64,000 nt of DNA, taken from Lytechinus pictus. Lineage: Eukaryota. Positions 39,787 through 53,337 of the stretch are shown one piece after another. Position 1 is the stretch's first letter. Each line of letters starts with the position of its first letter. The notes under the pieces were generated by a model that was not told the origin of the DNA, did no database searches, and saw only the letters and a list, made by a program, of their open reading frames with translations. The stretch spans positions 19,904,001 through 19,968,000 of the forward strand of contig NC_087251.1 in assembly GCF_037042905.1 (NCBI RefSeq). Reading direction: 5' to 3'. The position numbers and the translations under genes are program-made.

Positions 39787-42700
39787 TGAGAAGCTTTCAG
39801 ATATTGGTCCCCATTAGAGATATAAGGAAACGATGGGTCCAGCATAGAACTTGGGGAGAATTTAAAGCATGACAAGAAACAGAAATGTGGAGAAACATGC
39901 ACAGATACAGATTTTAAAGAAAATGTTCTAAGAAAAAGTACTATCCAAACAACAATAATAAAATCCAATTAACTGTTACTAATCATGGATGAAGAAACAT
40001 CGACGGTGGTGATAATGGTTTGTTTTTAATGATAGTAGTCTGAGCTGTAATTAGGCAGACAATTAATGAATTCGGTGATCAGGGCGTCGCTAGGATATTT
40101 TGATAGAGGAGCAAGACAAACTAAAAAGGGCGTATTTTTTCTCAGTTAAAGACTTCTTATTTTTATTCTACTCCTCTTTTTTCGCTCTTTTTTTTTGTCT
40201 TATCGTGTGGTTATACCCACCCCACTCCCTCCACTTGGCGTCAACCATGTAAACCCTGAGGTAGATGCTTAATGATGAGAATTGATTTGGAATATGCCAT
40301 CTAAAATACCTGCTTTTGAATTTTAAATTCTGAATTTTTTTTCCTTAGATGATATTTAAACTGTTTTTCTCGGTAATGTATTTTGCATTTTGTAAAAAAA
40401 AGGTAATTTGAACACTTTCTTATTGACTGCATATCAGTAAGGTACAAACGAAGATTATTTCCTGAAAAAATATGTCTAAAAAGTGGTTTCGTAATTTGCA
40501 TTTCTTTTAATTAAGGCTCTATGTGACAATAACTTGAAAGTATTATTTTTTTAATTATCGAATAAACTATTCATTCAGGGATATTGAGTTATTTGGGGAA
40601 AAAAAAGTTTAAAAAATGAAAAATGCAAGTAAAGGTTTTCAATTGAAAATCACAAACATGAGAATCTGTAAGATGAGCACGATCAACCAGAAGTATAAAC
40701 AACTTACAAAGCACTTGTGAGTAGTAAAAGGAACTACTTCAGAAGGAGTGTGACGAATGACCTCGTATTATTTGAATTTATGGAATATCATTAAAAAAAT
40801 CTCACATGTGTCTCGTCTTGATAGATATTGCAAATTTAATTCCTTGAACTCACTAATCAAGTGATCATTTTAAAGACCATCTCTTATTTATCTATTTTGG
40901 AAATATTTTTTTAACAAGACGAGAAAGAAAATGAATACTCATACGCAAAATTTACAACAACAGAGCACAATGTCGGCACTTGAGGGCGCCAGAGATAAGT
41001 CACCTCAATTCATGAAAATTGTCGCTATGATTGTTTCTGACCATGCCATTATTTATCGAAAGACGTGATTTTATCACTTTTTACACTTCCCTGTATCGTT
41101 TGAATAGTTAAATAGTATTAAGGATTACGAAAACAAAATAAATATAATTTCTTTGTAGATAATACCCACAGTTACGATATGTTTATCATTCGGTACACTA
41201 ACAAACTAATAAATTTGAAATATCATTCATTAATTGCACACAATTCATTACTTGCTTCTGCATTCATTAAGATACAATTCATGTTATATTACATGAAAAA
41301 TATAAGCGCAGCTGTCACATTCTTTAACATTATTGCGATTAATGTTTTAAAATTATTATCTAAAAAAAAGATAAACCGTAAACACATTATAGCATAAGCT
41401 CACCAATGACTAATATTTTAAGCATATGGCTTGACAGTAAGATAAAATGTATTATTTATGTTATTCTAAAATTATTCAATTTTTCCCTATTTGCTTTGTT
41501 GGTATGTTTGTTTCAATGTTGTTGGTTTACATTTTAGATCTTTTTGTTGCAATTTTTTAGGTCAATTTATGACCATTGGAATATTGAAAAACTGCATTTT
41601 TATTCAAATTGTTTGTTTGTCAAAATTTTCCTTGTAGCAATTGCGATGTAGTTTCTCTTTTTTATTTTCATTTTTATTTGCATACAACATTAAAAATATC
41701 CACCCCCCCCCCTCCCGCAATAAAAAACAACTTTCTATGGGCTCGCATGTAGCATTTTCTCTTACCCAAAGGTCAATTCATATTTATCTTTCAATTCAAT
41801 TTAATGTAAAAGTTCAGATTTAAAAAGGAAAGTAGAATTTGCAGGAAATGACATGGGGCAAAATCGTTCGACGAAACATGATCTGTTTCCGGTCGGTAAT
41901 ATGACTATTCACTTTACTTCATGAAGGGCATTGGGACTTCTTACTCTTTGGACTTCCTCTTAAAGAAAGTAATAACAAAATCTTGCCCAACGTCGCTGAA
42001 TAAACATGAAATTGAAGTAGCTTCCGTGGTGTGATGCAGTAAGTAGCAACAAAGCATGATAAGATATTTATCATGTAGTTGGTTTTTAATTTTTTCAAGA
42101 TTGTGTAAATTGTTTTATTTCATCAAAGAGTTTTAGCTTACATTGGTCTTTCGAGTGACCTAGATAACTTTAAAGAACACTTAAAAATATCATTTCAGGC
42201 AAGCTATAATGGATGCCTAAGAAAATGAATATATTTGTGTGCGTTGTTGTTCCTCTGCATTCGAATTTTATTCGCGGGGTTATATCTTGTGTCTGGGCAA
42301 GATTATAAAATTAAAAGGTCAAAGATGTATCACTTTCCTACTGGCATGGCTAGGTGATCAGAAATTGGGAATAATCATCTAATTTTTGAATAACCTACAC
42401 CAAATTAGAGCGTCAGCCTGGAAACACAACACCACAGGTTGTTTCAAAATGATTAATCTTATTGAACAGAATTTTGAATTTGGTTTTTCTCCAGGGAGGG
42501 ATGTGATATTGGACAAACATGCCGTTATTTCGTGGTTAAGTTTGAAAGATGGCATCAAAACAGGCCAATTCCGACGGGAAAAAGAATTTTGAACACATTG
42601 TTTTGATTGATTTTGATATTTATTTCACTCTCAAATATATATTACATATCTATGGTAGTATACGACGTCGAATGTATTCTTTAGGTTGATTAAGTATTTA

Positions 42701-42880
42701 AGTCAATGAGTGATTAACTGATTCCTATTTTACAATATTCTCTAAATGATACGTCTCTCTCACCATTTCTCATTATGTTTGTGTGTATGTGCAGGTGGGT
42801 GGGTGGGTATGCGTGTATGTGTGAGAGGGTGTGTAGATGTGTGTATGTGGGTTGTTTGCGGATGTGTGTGATCTACTGCA

Positions 42881-43121
42881 CACTGCAAAAACTCCGGTGT
42901 TGATTTAACACCAGCCCGGAATCTATTATGTCCACACCAGAGAAGTATTGAAACAACACCAGTTTGGAATCAAACCAATGCTGTTTTAATACTAATTGGT
43001 GTTGTATAAACACCTATCCGGTGTTAGACCAAAACCAAACTGGTGTTGTTTCACGCTTTTCTGGTGTGGACATGTATAGATTCCGGGCTGGTGTTAAATC
43101 AACACCGGAGTTTTTGCAGTG
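42881..43121. mobile_element. CACTG-ended fold-back MITE (EnSpm/CACTA-like), young copy
   Basis: cactgcaaaaactccggtgttgatttaacaccagcccggaatctat is perfectly inverted at the right end; 'ca' TSD; same family as 52069-52308. Confidence 0.9.
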
Positions 43122-44112
43122 CACATATACGCATAAAACATAAACATGTCTACAGGCAGAAAATTTCATGCAATCTTTTTGTTTGTTTGTGTTTTGGTTG
43201 TTTTTTTTTGATGAATTAGAGATTCCAGAATTAAGGCTCGGATTTCACCTATATCTTATCTTCAATCTCTCATCATATTTTTTATTTTCCCCTTGTTATT
43301 CTTCACAGTTCCGTGAATTCCAAACACTTAAAGACTCTCTTCATGACAATAGGATTAATTTTAAATGATCCTGTTTTGGGTGTTTATTTTTATTAATTTA
43401 AAAAAAATGAATGCAATAATTCAAAACTATGAACACGGTCTTCCTGTTTCATTTCTTTTTAGCTATCTTTGTATTGCCAACAGAAAGTCTGAACAAAATT
43501 TCTTCTTGATCTCCGTTCTTCTGACGTTCTTCTGAAAGCGGGCTAACTGTGCATGTTTGATCAATAGAGGGAAGTATACGATTAGGATCTCAAATTCTAC
43601 ATAAAGTGACATTAACGTTTTGCATTAAAAGGTTACTTTTTATAGAATTAATAATTGATTAATATTTTGATTGTTATATTGATTAACATGCATTGTTTCT
43701 CTCTCCCCCCCCCCTTTCTATTCCCTTTTCATCTCTGGATGATTAAAGGGGAATCACTCGCCTCGCCCCACCCCTCGTCCCGTGGTAGGGCGATTCCACA
43801 AAAGAACTTCAAAAATAGCAAAAATTTCAACATGCTTTAAATAAGTCATAAGCAGTGTAATATTTTACTATGATACCTACATTTTATGAAAATTATGAGT
43901 TTTAGCCAAAAGTGAAGTCAGATATAGTTTTTTTTGGGGGGAAACAATGAAATTTTCAATTTTTAATAATTTTGCTGATTAAAGTACAAGTACAAACACT
44001 GCTTGAAACCATTATTGGCAAAGCACGAGAAGATTGAAAATATTGCAGGTCAATGGAATAATGTATCATTGATGGTTCCAAATAATATCTACAACATTTT
44101 CATGATCCATAA

Positions 44113-45858
44113 TAGGGGCAGCACTGATTTTTTTTACGAACCTATTTTTGGCAATGTCCCGTACGACACATGAAAATGCAAAAGTTTTTTCTACACTTTC
44201 ATTTTTGATAAAGCAATCTTACAATATCAGTTTCTCTATCTTTGACCCATGGGTGATCGATTTATCCTATAAGGATCTAATTACTGCCCTTCATTTTTCA
44301 ATAATTGTCCTATTTAAAGTTGTCCCGTACGACACACACTGTGTCGTACGGGACATGTCCCTTACGACACACAATATATGCTGCATTTCATTGCAGAATT
44401 TGGATTCAGAAACTATTAACAGTAGGCCTATTTTAATTTAAGTAATTGATTTGACATTAAGTGAACTGAATAGGTATTTATTTTTTATCTCCATAGAACA
44501 TGAAATAGGTGATTCTAACCATTTTAATTGACTTCATGTAGGCCTATTCTTTTGTGAATCCCTTCAACTAAAGTGGTGATTTTCACTGGTCAGAGCTGGT
44601 TAATTTCTTTGTAATTGAGCATGAAAAGAAAACATTTAGAATTAATTAACCCTAGCATGGAAGATGTTTTCCTCTTGCATACTATTGTGAAATCATTATA
44701 AGATGTTAAAAAAAATATATTTGGACCTCCCTTGATGATCACTATTTTTTATATACAGTATTGATACTGCTTACTTTTCTCAAGTTGTTAAATAATCTGG
44801 AAAAAAAGACAAACCATGTTGTTAAAAAATCTGAAAATAAGACAAACCATATAGTTTCATGAAATGCAGAAAAGAAAAAAAAGTAAAATCGCATTTATTT
44901 AAATATTTTGTGGAATTACAAGTGACAGTTGTGACATATATCATGTATTTACATTTTATATGAAAAATCATAACATTTTAGCTCCATAATTTACACAAAC
45001 ACAGTCTCATTCTTACACTGTTTAATTAGTGTATTGGAACTCATCACTTAATTCACTAAAATTTAACTTCACACAAAACCTCAAGTTTTTTAAGCTCTTA
45101 AACAGTATTAAAAATGCTGTGAAGCACTGTACATTTCCCATCGTGACAAAATGATGATATATTGCTCCCAATTGTACATAAAACTGAATGACTACTTAAG
45201 GCTTTTCATTAAAAAGGAATAATTTAGGGGCAATGCTCCCTTTCTGATTGATAAAAAGTTCATTGTTTTATACAGGCTGTCCAGTGCAACGCGCAAGTGC
45301 CTGTACAACACACAAGTGTCCCGTACGACACAGTACTTTGTTTATGATATATTGACAGAAATATTCAGCCAATAGCGGTTTCTAACATAATACATGTCTT
45401 TAGTTTGATAGGATTATAATTTTCATTGTCCAAATAAAGTGATTGAAGAAGTCCAAGAGACATTAAGTAAGAAAGTAAGGCTTCAATTTAGAGATGTCCG
45501 TACGACACATTTTGAGTGTCCCGTACGCCACAATGTTCTCGAAAATTTTAATTTGCTTTATTTATTCATGAATGTTTATGAGTTCAGCTTTTATGAAAAT
45601 TATCTGCCCAACTCACAGACTTTAGAGTACAAACTTGAGGTTTCCAAAAAAACACTTTTCTGCGTCCCGTACGACACATTATATTTTAAATCTGTGTTAT
45701 AAATGCTGTGAATTCAAGTCATGTTAAGTCTTGGTTTTCCTAACACTCTGATAGTACTTGATGATCACCTTTAGTTACTGGAATATTTTTTGTTTTTCTT
45801 GTCGAAAAACTGTCAAATGTTCTCGAAATGACCCGTACGACACGTATGGAATCACCCG
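44113..45858. mobile_element. ~1.75-kb non-autonomous DNA transposon with repeated subterminal GTCCCGTACGACAC motifs (superfamily uncertain)
   Basis: At least nine copies of the 14-mer near both ends (44156, 44322, 44341 reversed, 44357, 45318, 45496, 45518, 45664, 45830); ends taggggcagcac / ggaatcaccc; AT-rich non-coding interior. Confidence 0.65.
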
Positions 45859-46754
45859 ATAGAGTTTTAGATAATTAGCTGAAGTTATCATTATAGCTCC
45901 AAATGAAATTATCTTTCATGTGCAAACTACTTGCTCTAATTTAATTAGGGTTCTTAGAAGTGACATATTCTTCTTTACTTGTGATATAAGCAAAATAGTT
46001 TGCCATCCAATTTAGCGCTTTATGTCTATATTCAAGATGTTCAAGAGACGTAATCTTTACCTAAATCTCCACGGGGCTTTATGCAAAGACTACTGTAATT
46101 ATTGTTTATCTTCCGAGCAAAAATATAATTATATCAATCTACACCCGGGTAGAGTGTGACAAACATACCGATCAATTCCTTGTCAAAACATACCGTAATT
46201 GCTAAAAACCAACGTGTTCAAACGTTCAAGCAAATTAGTCCTATTTCGAATACAATATCCATTATCCAGTTTGAGTAGTTAATATGTTAGAAAATAAAGA
46301 TTATTTTAATGATAATTTTTCCTTTAAAAAAGCGTGCTAAAAATACGAATTACCAACTCCCTCATACGATCGGTTTAAAGAATTGTGTTATACTCTTATA
46401 GAAGATTGATTAAATTCACACTTCCAAGTGAATTGTTATCATTTTATCAATAAAAAGGCCATAAGTCTAAACCTGTTAATGTAGGGGTAGTTTTATAGAA
46501 TTATATTTTAAAAACGCTATGAGCCACTTCATGAAGAAATCAGGAAAGTCCAATATTCATTTTAAATAAAATAAAGTGCGCCACCTTTCTCAGTTGAGTG
46601 GATTTTTTTGCCTCTTCTAAATATCCTCCATCGCTTGCTCTCTTCCCTTTATTTTTATTTTAGCATTACCCCATCACTCGGCAAAATCGTAGCAAGATTT
46701 GAGGGATATTGTATGCGCACAATGTTGAATTTAATTGGGCAATGACGAATCTTA

Positions 46755-47481
46755 CCCTGATGGTTATCTTGGCCGGGGGGCCTCGGAGCTCCCCCCCCCC
46801 CCTCCCTCAACGATTCGCGCAATATTTTCGCCGCGCGAAATTTTTGACCGCGCCGCTCGCTGACTTTTTATTTTCAAGTCTTGCGCATCTTTTGAGACCA
46901 AATTTGTGACGCCCGGGTACGCTGTTCCGAAATTACGCAACATTTTCAATTCAATTAAATGTCATTCGAATAAATATCTATTTTCTTCCATTTCACAAAT
47001 ATCTACATTTTTCGTAAACATAAATTCATACAAAAATCAGTTTGTTATGAAAAATATAAATATGTACATGTTAGGTTTAAAGAAGAAGACATATACCCTA
47101 AAAGCTAAGGCTTGTGGCGGGATACGCCTATAGCTTTTATACAATACACGAACCAATACAAAGAACGCAACATGTTGTTAGTGCGTGTCAGAGCAAAAAT
47201 TGCTCAAAAACGTGATTTCGTGTACAAAGTCAATGCAAATTGTGTTTTCAACCAAAAATCATAAATGTATGATCATTTTTAGCTTTGCTGGTCTCAATGG
47301 ATTTATTTTATGCTGTTTATGATCTCAAAAGGGTTCCCGACAAAGTTCATCGAAAAATAATGAAAAACAAAAGATAAAAACCCCAAAGAAATTGCAAAAA
47401 AATACAATACATAAGAAATTGATCTGATATCGCAATTTTTTCACGTTCACTTGCTAAAAACACCACAAACAGTTTCTACAC
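46755..47481 (+). mobile_element. Left portion of a non-autonomous DNA transposon (piggyBac-like end), right end lost
   Basis: ccct...tatcttggccgggggg...(c)n start followed by a CpG-rich subterminal segment; the sequence switches abruptly into the HINE tandem array at ~47482. Family assignment is from recognition only. Confidence 0.45.
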
Positions 47482-49621
47482 GAGTAATCAAGTATCACCG
47501 AACATCCTGTGCGAGTTTCAGGTTACATGACCAAGGTCAAAGGTCATTTAAGGTCAATTAACTTTGGCCATTTTGGGGGTATTTGTTGAATTACCATCAT
47601 AACTCTGAAATGTTATGGTCTAGTTCATAAAACTTGGACATAAGAGTAATCAACTATCACTAAAAATCCTGTGTGAGTTTCAGGTCACATGACCAAGATC
47701 AAAGGTCATTTAAGGTCAATAAACTTTGGTAGTTTTGGGGTATTTCATTTCATTTCATTTCGTTTATTTCCATTTTCAACAATTACAGTTTGTTTTGTAC
47801 ATTGTGACATATGAATAACAAAACATATTTCAAGTATCCCTGTACAAAAATTATATTCAAGATTATTACATATCAGGTTGGAAATGGAGGAGGCTGCTAA
47901 AAAGCGGAGCTTGTAGAGTGCAGCCTCCTAATAAATATTCTTGTAGTTGCATAGCATATAAAAATCAAAATAACAACTTGAGCATGAACCAGTTAAAGTA
48001 AAAGGAAATAGAGCAAATTAAAATAGAAAAGGAAATAAGAAAAAGAGAGATTAAAGGTCTCCAGAATCCAGCCCCAGCACTCACAGACGGACCTCGCTGA
48101 TCAACAGGAAAACGAAAGAGATGGAAAAGTGTACGTAACATGATAATCATGTTTGATTTTAAAAAATACAAAAGTTTGAGTGATGAAGAATTAAATTCAA
48201 TGGTTATCTTGAGGAAATTTTTTGAACTTATATTTGAAAGAATTAAGGCTTGGTGATTCTTTGATGTTATTATTAGTAGTTAACTAGAGTCTAGGGCCTT
48301 CAAAAGTAAAAATTGATTTTGCAAGGATGGTCCGGGGTAGTGGTAAATGGAATTCATCTGATTGACGTGTGGGACTCTTATTTGTGAAGAGTTTTGTTTT
48401 TGTTAAATGAAGAGTTAAATATGGGTGGTAACATATTATTGTCTAACTGATACATGAATTGACCTAAGTTATATTGGTACAGTGTTTTTATTTTTAGAAT
48501 GTTATTGTTAAAAAACAACTCATCTGTGTGAGATCTCCAGGACAAGTTGAAAATAACACGCAATGCCTTCTTTTGTAAAAGCAATATTCTATCTAGGTAG
48601 GTTGAGTGTGAATTTACCCAAACAATTGCTCCATAATTTGAATACTGTAAAATGAATGTTGAATAAAGCATTTTTAGGGAGGAAGTTGGAAGAAAAAACT
48701 TAACTTTGTTGATAACACCAATATTGCGTGAAATTGTACGACATATAAAGTCAATGTGTGTTTTCCAAGATAATTTGTTGTCTATTATGAGACCTAAAAA
48801 TTTTGTTGTAGCAACAACTTCAATGTCTATATTGTCCAATTTAATATTAAATGGCAATTGTTCTAAAGAATTGCTAAAAAGCATGCATTTCGTTTTTTGT
48901 ACATTAATTGACAATTTGTTAGCCCTAATCCATTGTACCAATTTATCCAGTTCAGTGTTCAGTACATTAATTAAAATATCGGGGTTAGGATGAGAGTAGA
49001 GTACATTTGAATCATCTGCAAAAAGGACATAAGAATATTTCAGAGGAGTTCTGGATGTCATTTATATAGATTATAAATAAAAGAGGGCCCAGGAGGCTGC
49101 CTTGGGGAACACCCTAGTTAACATTTTGTAGAGAAGAATTTTGTTCATTTATGCTTACGAATTGTTTACGATTAACGAGGTAGTTTCTGAACCACTTCCC
49201 ACGTTGAATTATCATCATAACTCTGAAATTGTATTGGTCTAGTTCATAAAACTTGGACACAAGAGTAATCAAGTATCACTGAACATCATGTGGAGTTTCA
49301 GGTCACATGACCAAGGTCAAAGGGTCATTAAGGTCAATGAACATTGGCCATGTTGGAGGTAATTATTAAATTGCTGTCATAATTTTCATTTTTTTTATAT
49401 AGTTTATGAATTGTGGACATAGGGGTAATCAATTATCACTGACAAGTCCTAGGGCACATGATCAAGGTCAAATGTCATTTAGGGTCAATGAATGTGGTAT
49501 TCTATCATTATATGAATGATGTTTTTGTTAATAATTATTTTATAGTAGTTTTCAAAGTCAGCACTTGTGCTATTTTGATTCGCGTAATACAGGTGAGCCT
49601 GCCAGAGGCGCTCCACTTGTT
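47482..49621 (-). mobile_element. Second, 3'-truncated copy of the HINE/Tsp-like element, split by a LINE
   Basis: 49590-49621 is the reverse complement of the head of the copy at 1252 (aacaagtggagcgcctctggcaggctcacctg); tandem units at 47482-47745 and 49203-49500 match the 1400-2300 array. Confidence 0.88.
47746..49202 (-). mobile_element. 5'-truncated LINE (CR1/L2/Crack group) with a degraded reverse transcriptase C-terminal half
   Basis: Minus strand translates [50 protein letters not shown], then after a frameshift [15 protein letters not shown]...KFLGLIIDNKLSWKTHI...LLLQKKALRVI (ORF 48378-49061). The 3' end is aataaac followed by a (GAAAT)n tail. Confidence 0.93.
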
Positions 49622-49995
49622 TGATAAAATGATTGTATAAAAATGTTTATCTTTGCGTCTTTATCCAGCAGGCAATGACCCGTGTTTGAATGTTCCCTCC
49701 TACATTCTTTCTCTTGTAGATGGAGCAAGTGAATTAAATTTGAATATGAAATTGGTAAGTTGCAGATGTTCAATTTTAGTTTGTAATTTTCTTCCTCTCA
49801 CGACATATCTGTTGTACCATAATCTTTTTACGGAAGTTTAAATATAGACAAGGGAATGGAGGAACGAGACCAGAAATCGGAATGAGAGGGTCTTGTGTGT
49901 AAGGGAGCGAAGCAATAGGAGAGTGAGAACGCCATTGCACGTAGTAAAGTTCAGCATTTTAATCGTATCACACAATATGAGTAAGGAAGTACATA

Positions 49996-50161
49996 CACTG
50001 TAAGAAATACAGTGCTAATTTAGCACTCACAGTGCTTGTATAGTGACTGCACTACGAGTGCTGATTTTCTAGTTCAAACTTAAACTAGAAAATCAGCACT
50101 CTTAGTGCAGTCACTATACAAGCACTGTAAGTGCTAAATTAGCACTTCATTTTTTACAGTG
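49996..50161. mobile_element. CACTG-ended 166-bp near-perfect hairpin MITE
   Basis: cactgtaa...ttacagtg; arms of ~80 bp pair nearly to the centre; 'ta' TSD. Confidence 0.88.
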
Positions 50162-50989
50162 TAGGGTATATGACTTTACTATCGGAATATAATCTGTAAT
50201 GATTTTATGCCAGCGAGAGAAGCGATCAAGCGAAAAAAAAATAATTACGTATAAAAGTATAACTTAGTAATATGAGCCATTAAACATTAATATTATGACA
50301 TAATATAGTATCGAAATTTCTACTCAATACCCCCTCTCCCCATCGGATCCCCAGTCCCCTTTCACTTGTCAAAAGATCCTACATTCACTGACCTTGTGTT
50401 TTGATTGTCTTGTTGCACGACGAATCGCACGACGAATCGCATGGCTTTCGATACTTTCGTTATAGAAATTGCGACTAGTAATATGCAAACTCATGAATTT
50501 ATATTTTGCTTTTTTTTGAGGGACAAAAGAGGTATGCATTCGATTAGAGAAGTTCAATAAAAGTATATTTTACTTTTACCACGAAATACCATATAATTCT
50601 TGCTACACCGTCCGTCTACTTTAGCAAATTGTCATCCAGGAAAATGGTAAACAGATTGAAGCCCATGCTATAGGCGTTATGACATCAATTTTGTTTTCTA
50701 TACCTTGGGTGATTTTCTTTGCAACTGCAAGATCTTTTGTTGTTTTCCTCTATATTTAATAAAGACAAATGCATTGGTGGCTTAGGTAACTTCCCGTATT
50801 TATCATAAGGAAACTTCAAGAGAACGACCAGTGCATTATTATAAGCGTTCATGACAATCCTGCGTCTCCAAAGATTTAACGACCAGTCTACCATTAGTTC
50901 AAGGATGCTACGTATTTTTGCCGGCGGCCCAAAATACCAAAGTTTCGCCCATTCTACGTTGATCTCTGATTATGGCGAATAGAGTCTAA

Positions 50990-51579
50990 GAGGCTGTTCA
51001 CACCGCAAGGGGGGACCGTGGGCGGACCGTGGATCGCGCTATCGTAGCGCGATCCACGGTCCGCCCATTGGCATTCGCCGGATTCACACCGCAGTGAGAT
51101 AGCGCGGTCTATCGTAGCACCCCCTTTTTTGAGAGGTCCTGTTGCCATGACGCGTGACGTCATGAGGTCAGAGCGGTCAAAGATTTCGCGCGCTATTACG
51201 AACCCGTACTAGTTAGTTGAGAGCTCGATATCGCTGTGCCTATTATGCTAGCCGGCCTACGTTTATTTCATGGCGTTGTATACATTGTGCATGTATTTCT
51301 AATTTGATTAATCTAGATTCTAGACTCGTGTAGAACGATGACTTCCGGCGTGCTATCGTAGCTCGGGTTCACACCGGCAGAGATAGCGCGATCTAGCGCG
51401 CGCTAGACCGCGCTATCTCTCGTGGACCACCCCCAAGAGGTGCTCCAGTGGCACACCGTTTTGGCTCGCCGTGGCTCGCTGTTGGGCGGACCGAAACGAC
51501 GTTGTACCTTCCACACCGCAGAGATAGCGCGATCTAGCGCGCGCTAGATCGCGCTATCTCTGCCGGTCTGAACAGGCTC
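50990..51579. mobile_element. GC-rich PIF/Harbinger-like MITE with internal palindromes
   Basis: Termini gaggctgttcacaccg / cggtctgaacaggctc; flanks taa / aaa; repeated ttcacaccg and gatagcgcg motifs. Confidence 0.75.
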
Positions 51580-52068
51580 AAAATCTGACCTTTCATGACA
51601 ACCAAGTTTAATCCAATTCGTCTCCAGGTTTTGATGATGGAAAAATTATGATTGACAACTTGCTTGAAAATATGACTGGTCACATCGATGAAGAAATTAT
51701 CTGAAGGTGATTCTTTCCAAACGAAACCTTCATAAATCTGCTCTCACTATTGTATACACATGAGTGGACAGAACTCAAATACGAACAAAATTTCACTCTC
51801 CCAAGGAGTCTAATGAGAGACAATAATATCCCGAGTGAGAAAAAATTCAATCGTGTTTTAATTCGCTCCAAAACATAAAAAAATATCAAAGTCAAAACTT
51901 GCATTGAAATCAGAAACCTTTCAGTAGAGTTTGGATGACTGATTCAAATGCTTCTCGCATTCAGCAGACATACTCAATGTACTTTTTTATTTTATCCGTT
52001 ACCAAGACGATATTTACGGTAGTCTGAGAAGGTAATTGACAAAGTAAGCAGATGAGGTCGTGTGACTC

Positions 52069-52308
52069 CACTGCAAAAAACTGCGGTGTTAATTCAACAC
52101 CAATCCGAAATCTATAAATGACCACACCAGAGAAGTGTTGAAACAACACCGGTTTGAAATTAAATGCTGTTTTGACACTAATTGGTGTTGTATAAACACC
52201 TATCTGGAATTAGTCCAAATCAAACCGGTGTTGTTTCAACACTTCTCTGGTGTGGTCATATATAGATCCCGGACTGGTGTTAAATTAACACCGCAGTTTT
52301 TTGCAATG
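52069..52308. mobile_element. CACTG-ended fold-back MITE, same family as 42881-43121
   Basis: cactgcaaaaaactgcggtgttaat ... attaacaccgcagttttttgcaatg; interior colinear with the 42881 copy. Confidence 0.88.
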
Positions 52309-52954
52309 TAAATGAGCGAATTAACTGAGCTTTACTTTTTGCTCATACAAGTAGGAACAATTCAGTTTTTAAAATAGTCACAATCAATAATTAAGCTCGC
52401 TAAATTTGGGAAAGTATAGGTATATTGTATATCGTCGACCCTCCAGGGAAAATAGTGGATTTTTTTTTAAAGGGCAATATAAAAGACATTTTTTTTTTTT
52501 CATGTCAACTAATCTTGGAGTACCTGAAAATGCTAAATATTCTTTTTCTTTTTAGATTGTTCTTTCGGCCTATTGTTGCCATCATAAAAAAGATGAAAAG
52601 TGGCCCAAGACTGCCACATAATAAACCATAATTAAATAATGTGACAATAGTAATTAGATAGAATGGGCAGTCAACCCAAACCAATTAAAACCAGGGGCCG
52701 AAGCCACTTGCTCGTGAGACTGAAACATGGTTTCCCCCTTCACAGCCGGGATGGATACAAGCTGGGTTGTCAACCCCAAAGGGAGCCTGGTCAGCCAAGC
52801 TAGACAAGCTATAACCTTGACTTCTAACCTACCCTCGTTTTTATTAATTTTATTATATTTACTTATTTATTTGGGAGGAGCTTGTTACACAATCAGAATC
52901 TGAAAATAAAAAGTGCCCCTTCCCTTTTGTCATCCGTATCCCTACTGCATGTAC

Positions 52955-53337
52955 TGGTCAATCTTGGATGAAAATCCATTAATGATCAAGAAAGTTAATA
53001 CAATTTCAATTTTTTATTTGTGACGTCACAATGCATAAATGTAATTTTTTGATGGTTTGTGATGACTTGTTTTTATTTTCTTTTTAGGGGCGGGTGCATG
53101 TGAAATCGTTTGAGTATCGATATACTGAAGGTACAATAAAGACAATTTACAAGTTTCCGAGAAAACTACATTTCATTGATTTTTTTTACCATACGATATG
53201 TAGGAAAGCTGCTCACACATGACGTCACAAATCAAATAATTAAAATCATTGATTGATTTTCCTCAAACGTTTGCCAATATATTTTATTGTTTTTTCTGCT
53301 TTTTTTACAATACACTTTTTTCAGGGTGAACTCCCCT
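52955..53337. mobile_element. Degraded Kolobok-like MITE remnant
   Basis: Right end tcagggtgaactcccc; tgacgtcacaa motifs at ~53021 and ~53220; the left end is not resolved. Confidence 0.4.

Noticed and set aside
46010..46200. Possible decayed SINE (cacccgggtagagtg... similar to 4250-4295)
   Set aside because: Similarity is too short and degraded to set boundaries.
50415..50441. 12-bp tandem duplication gcacgacgaatc
   Set aside because: Ordinary slippage duplication with no further structure.
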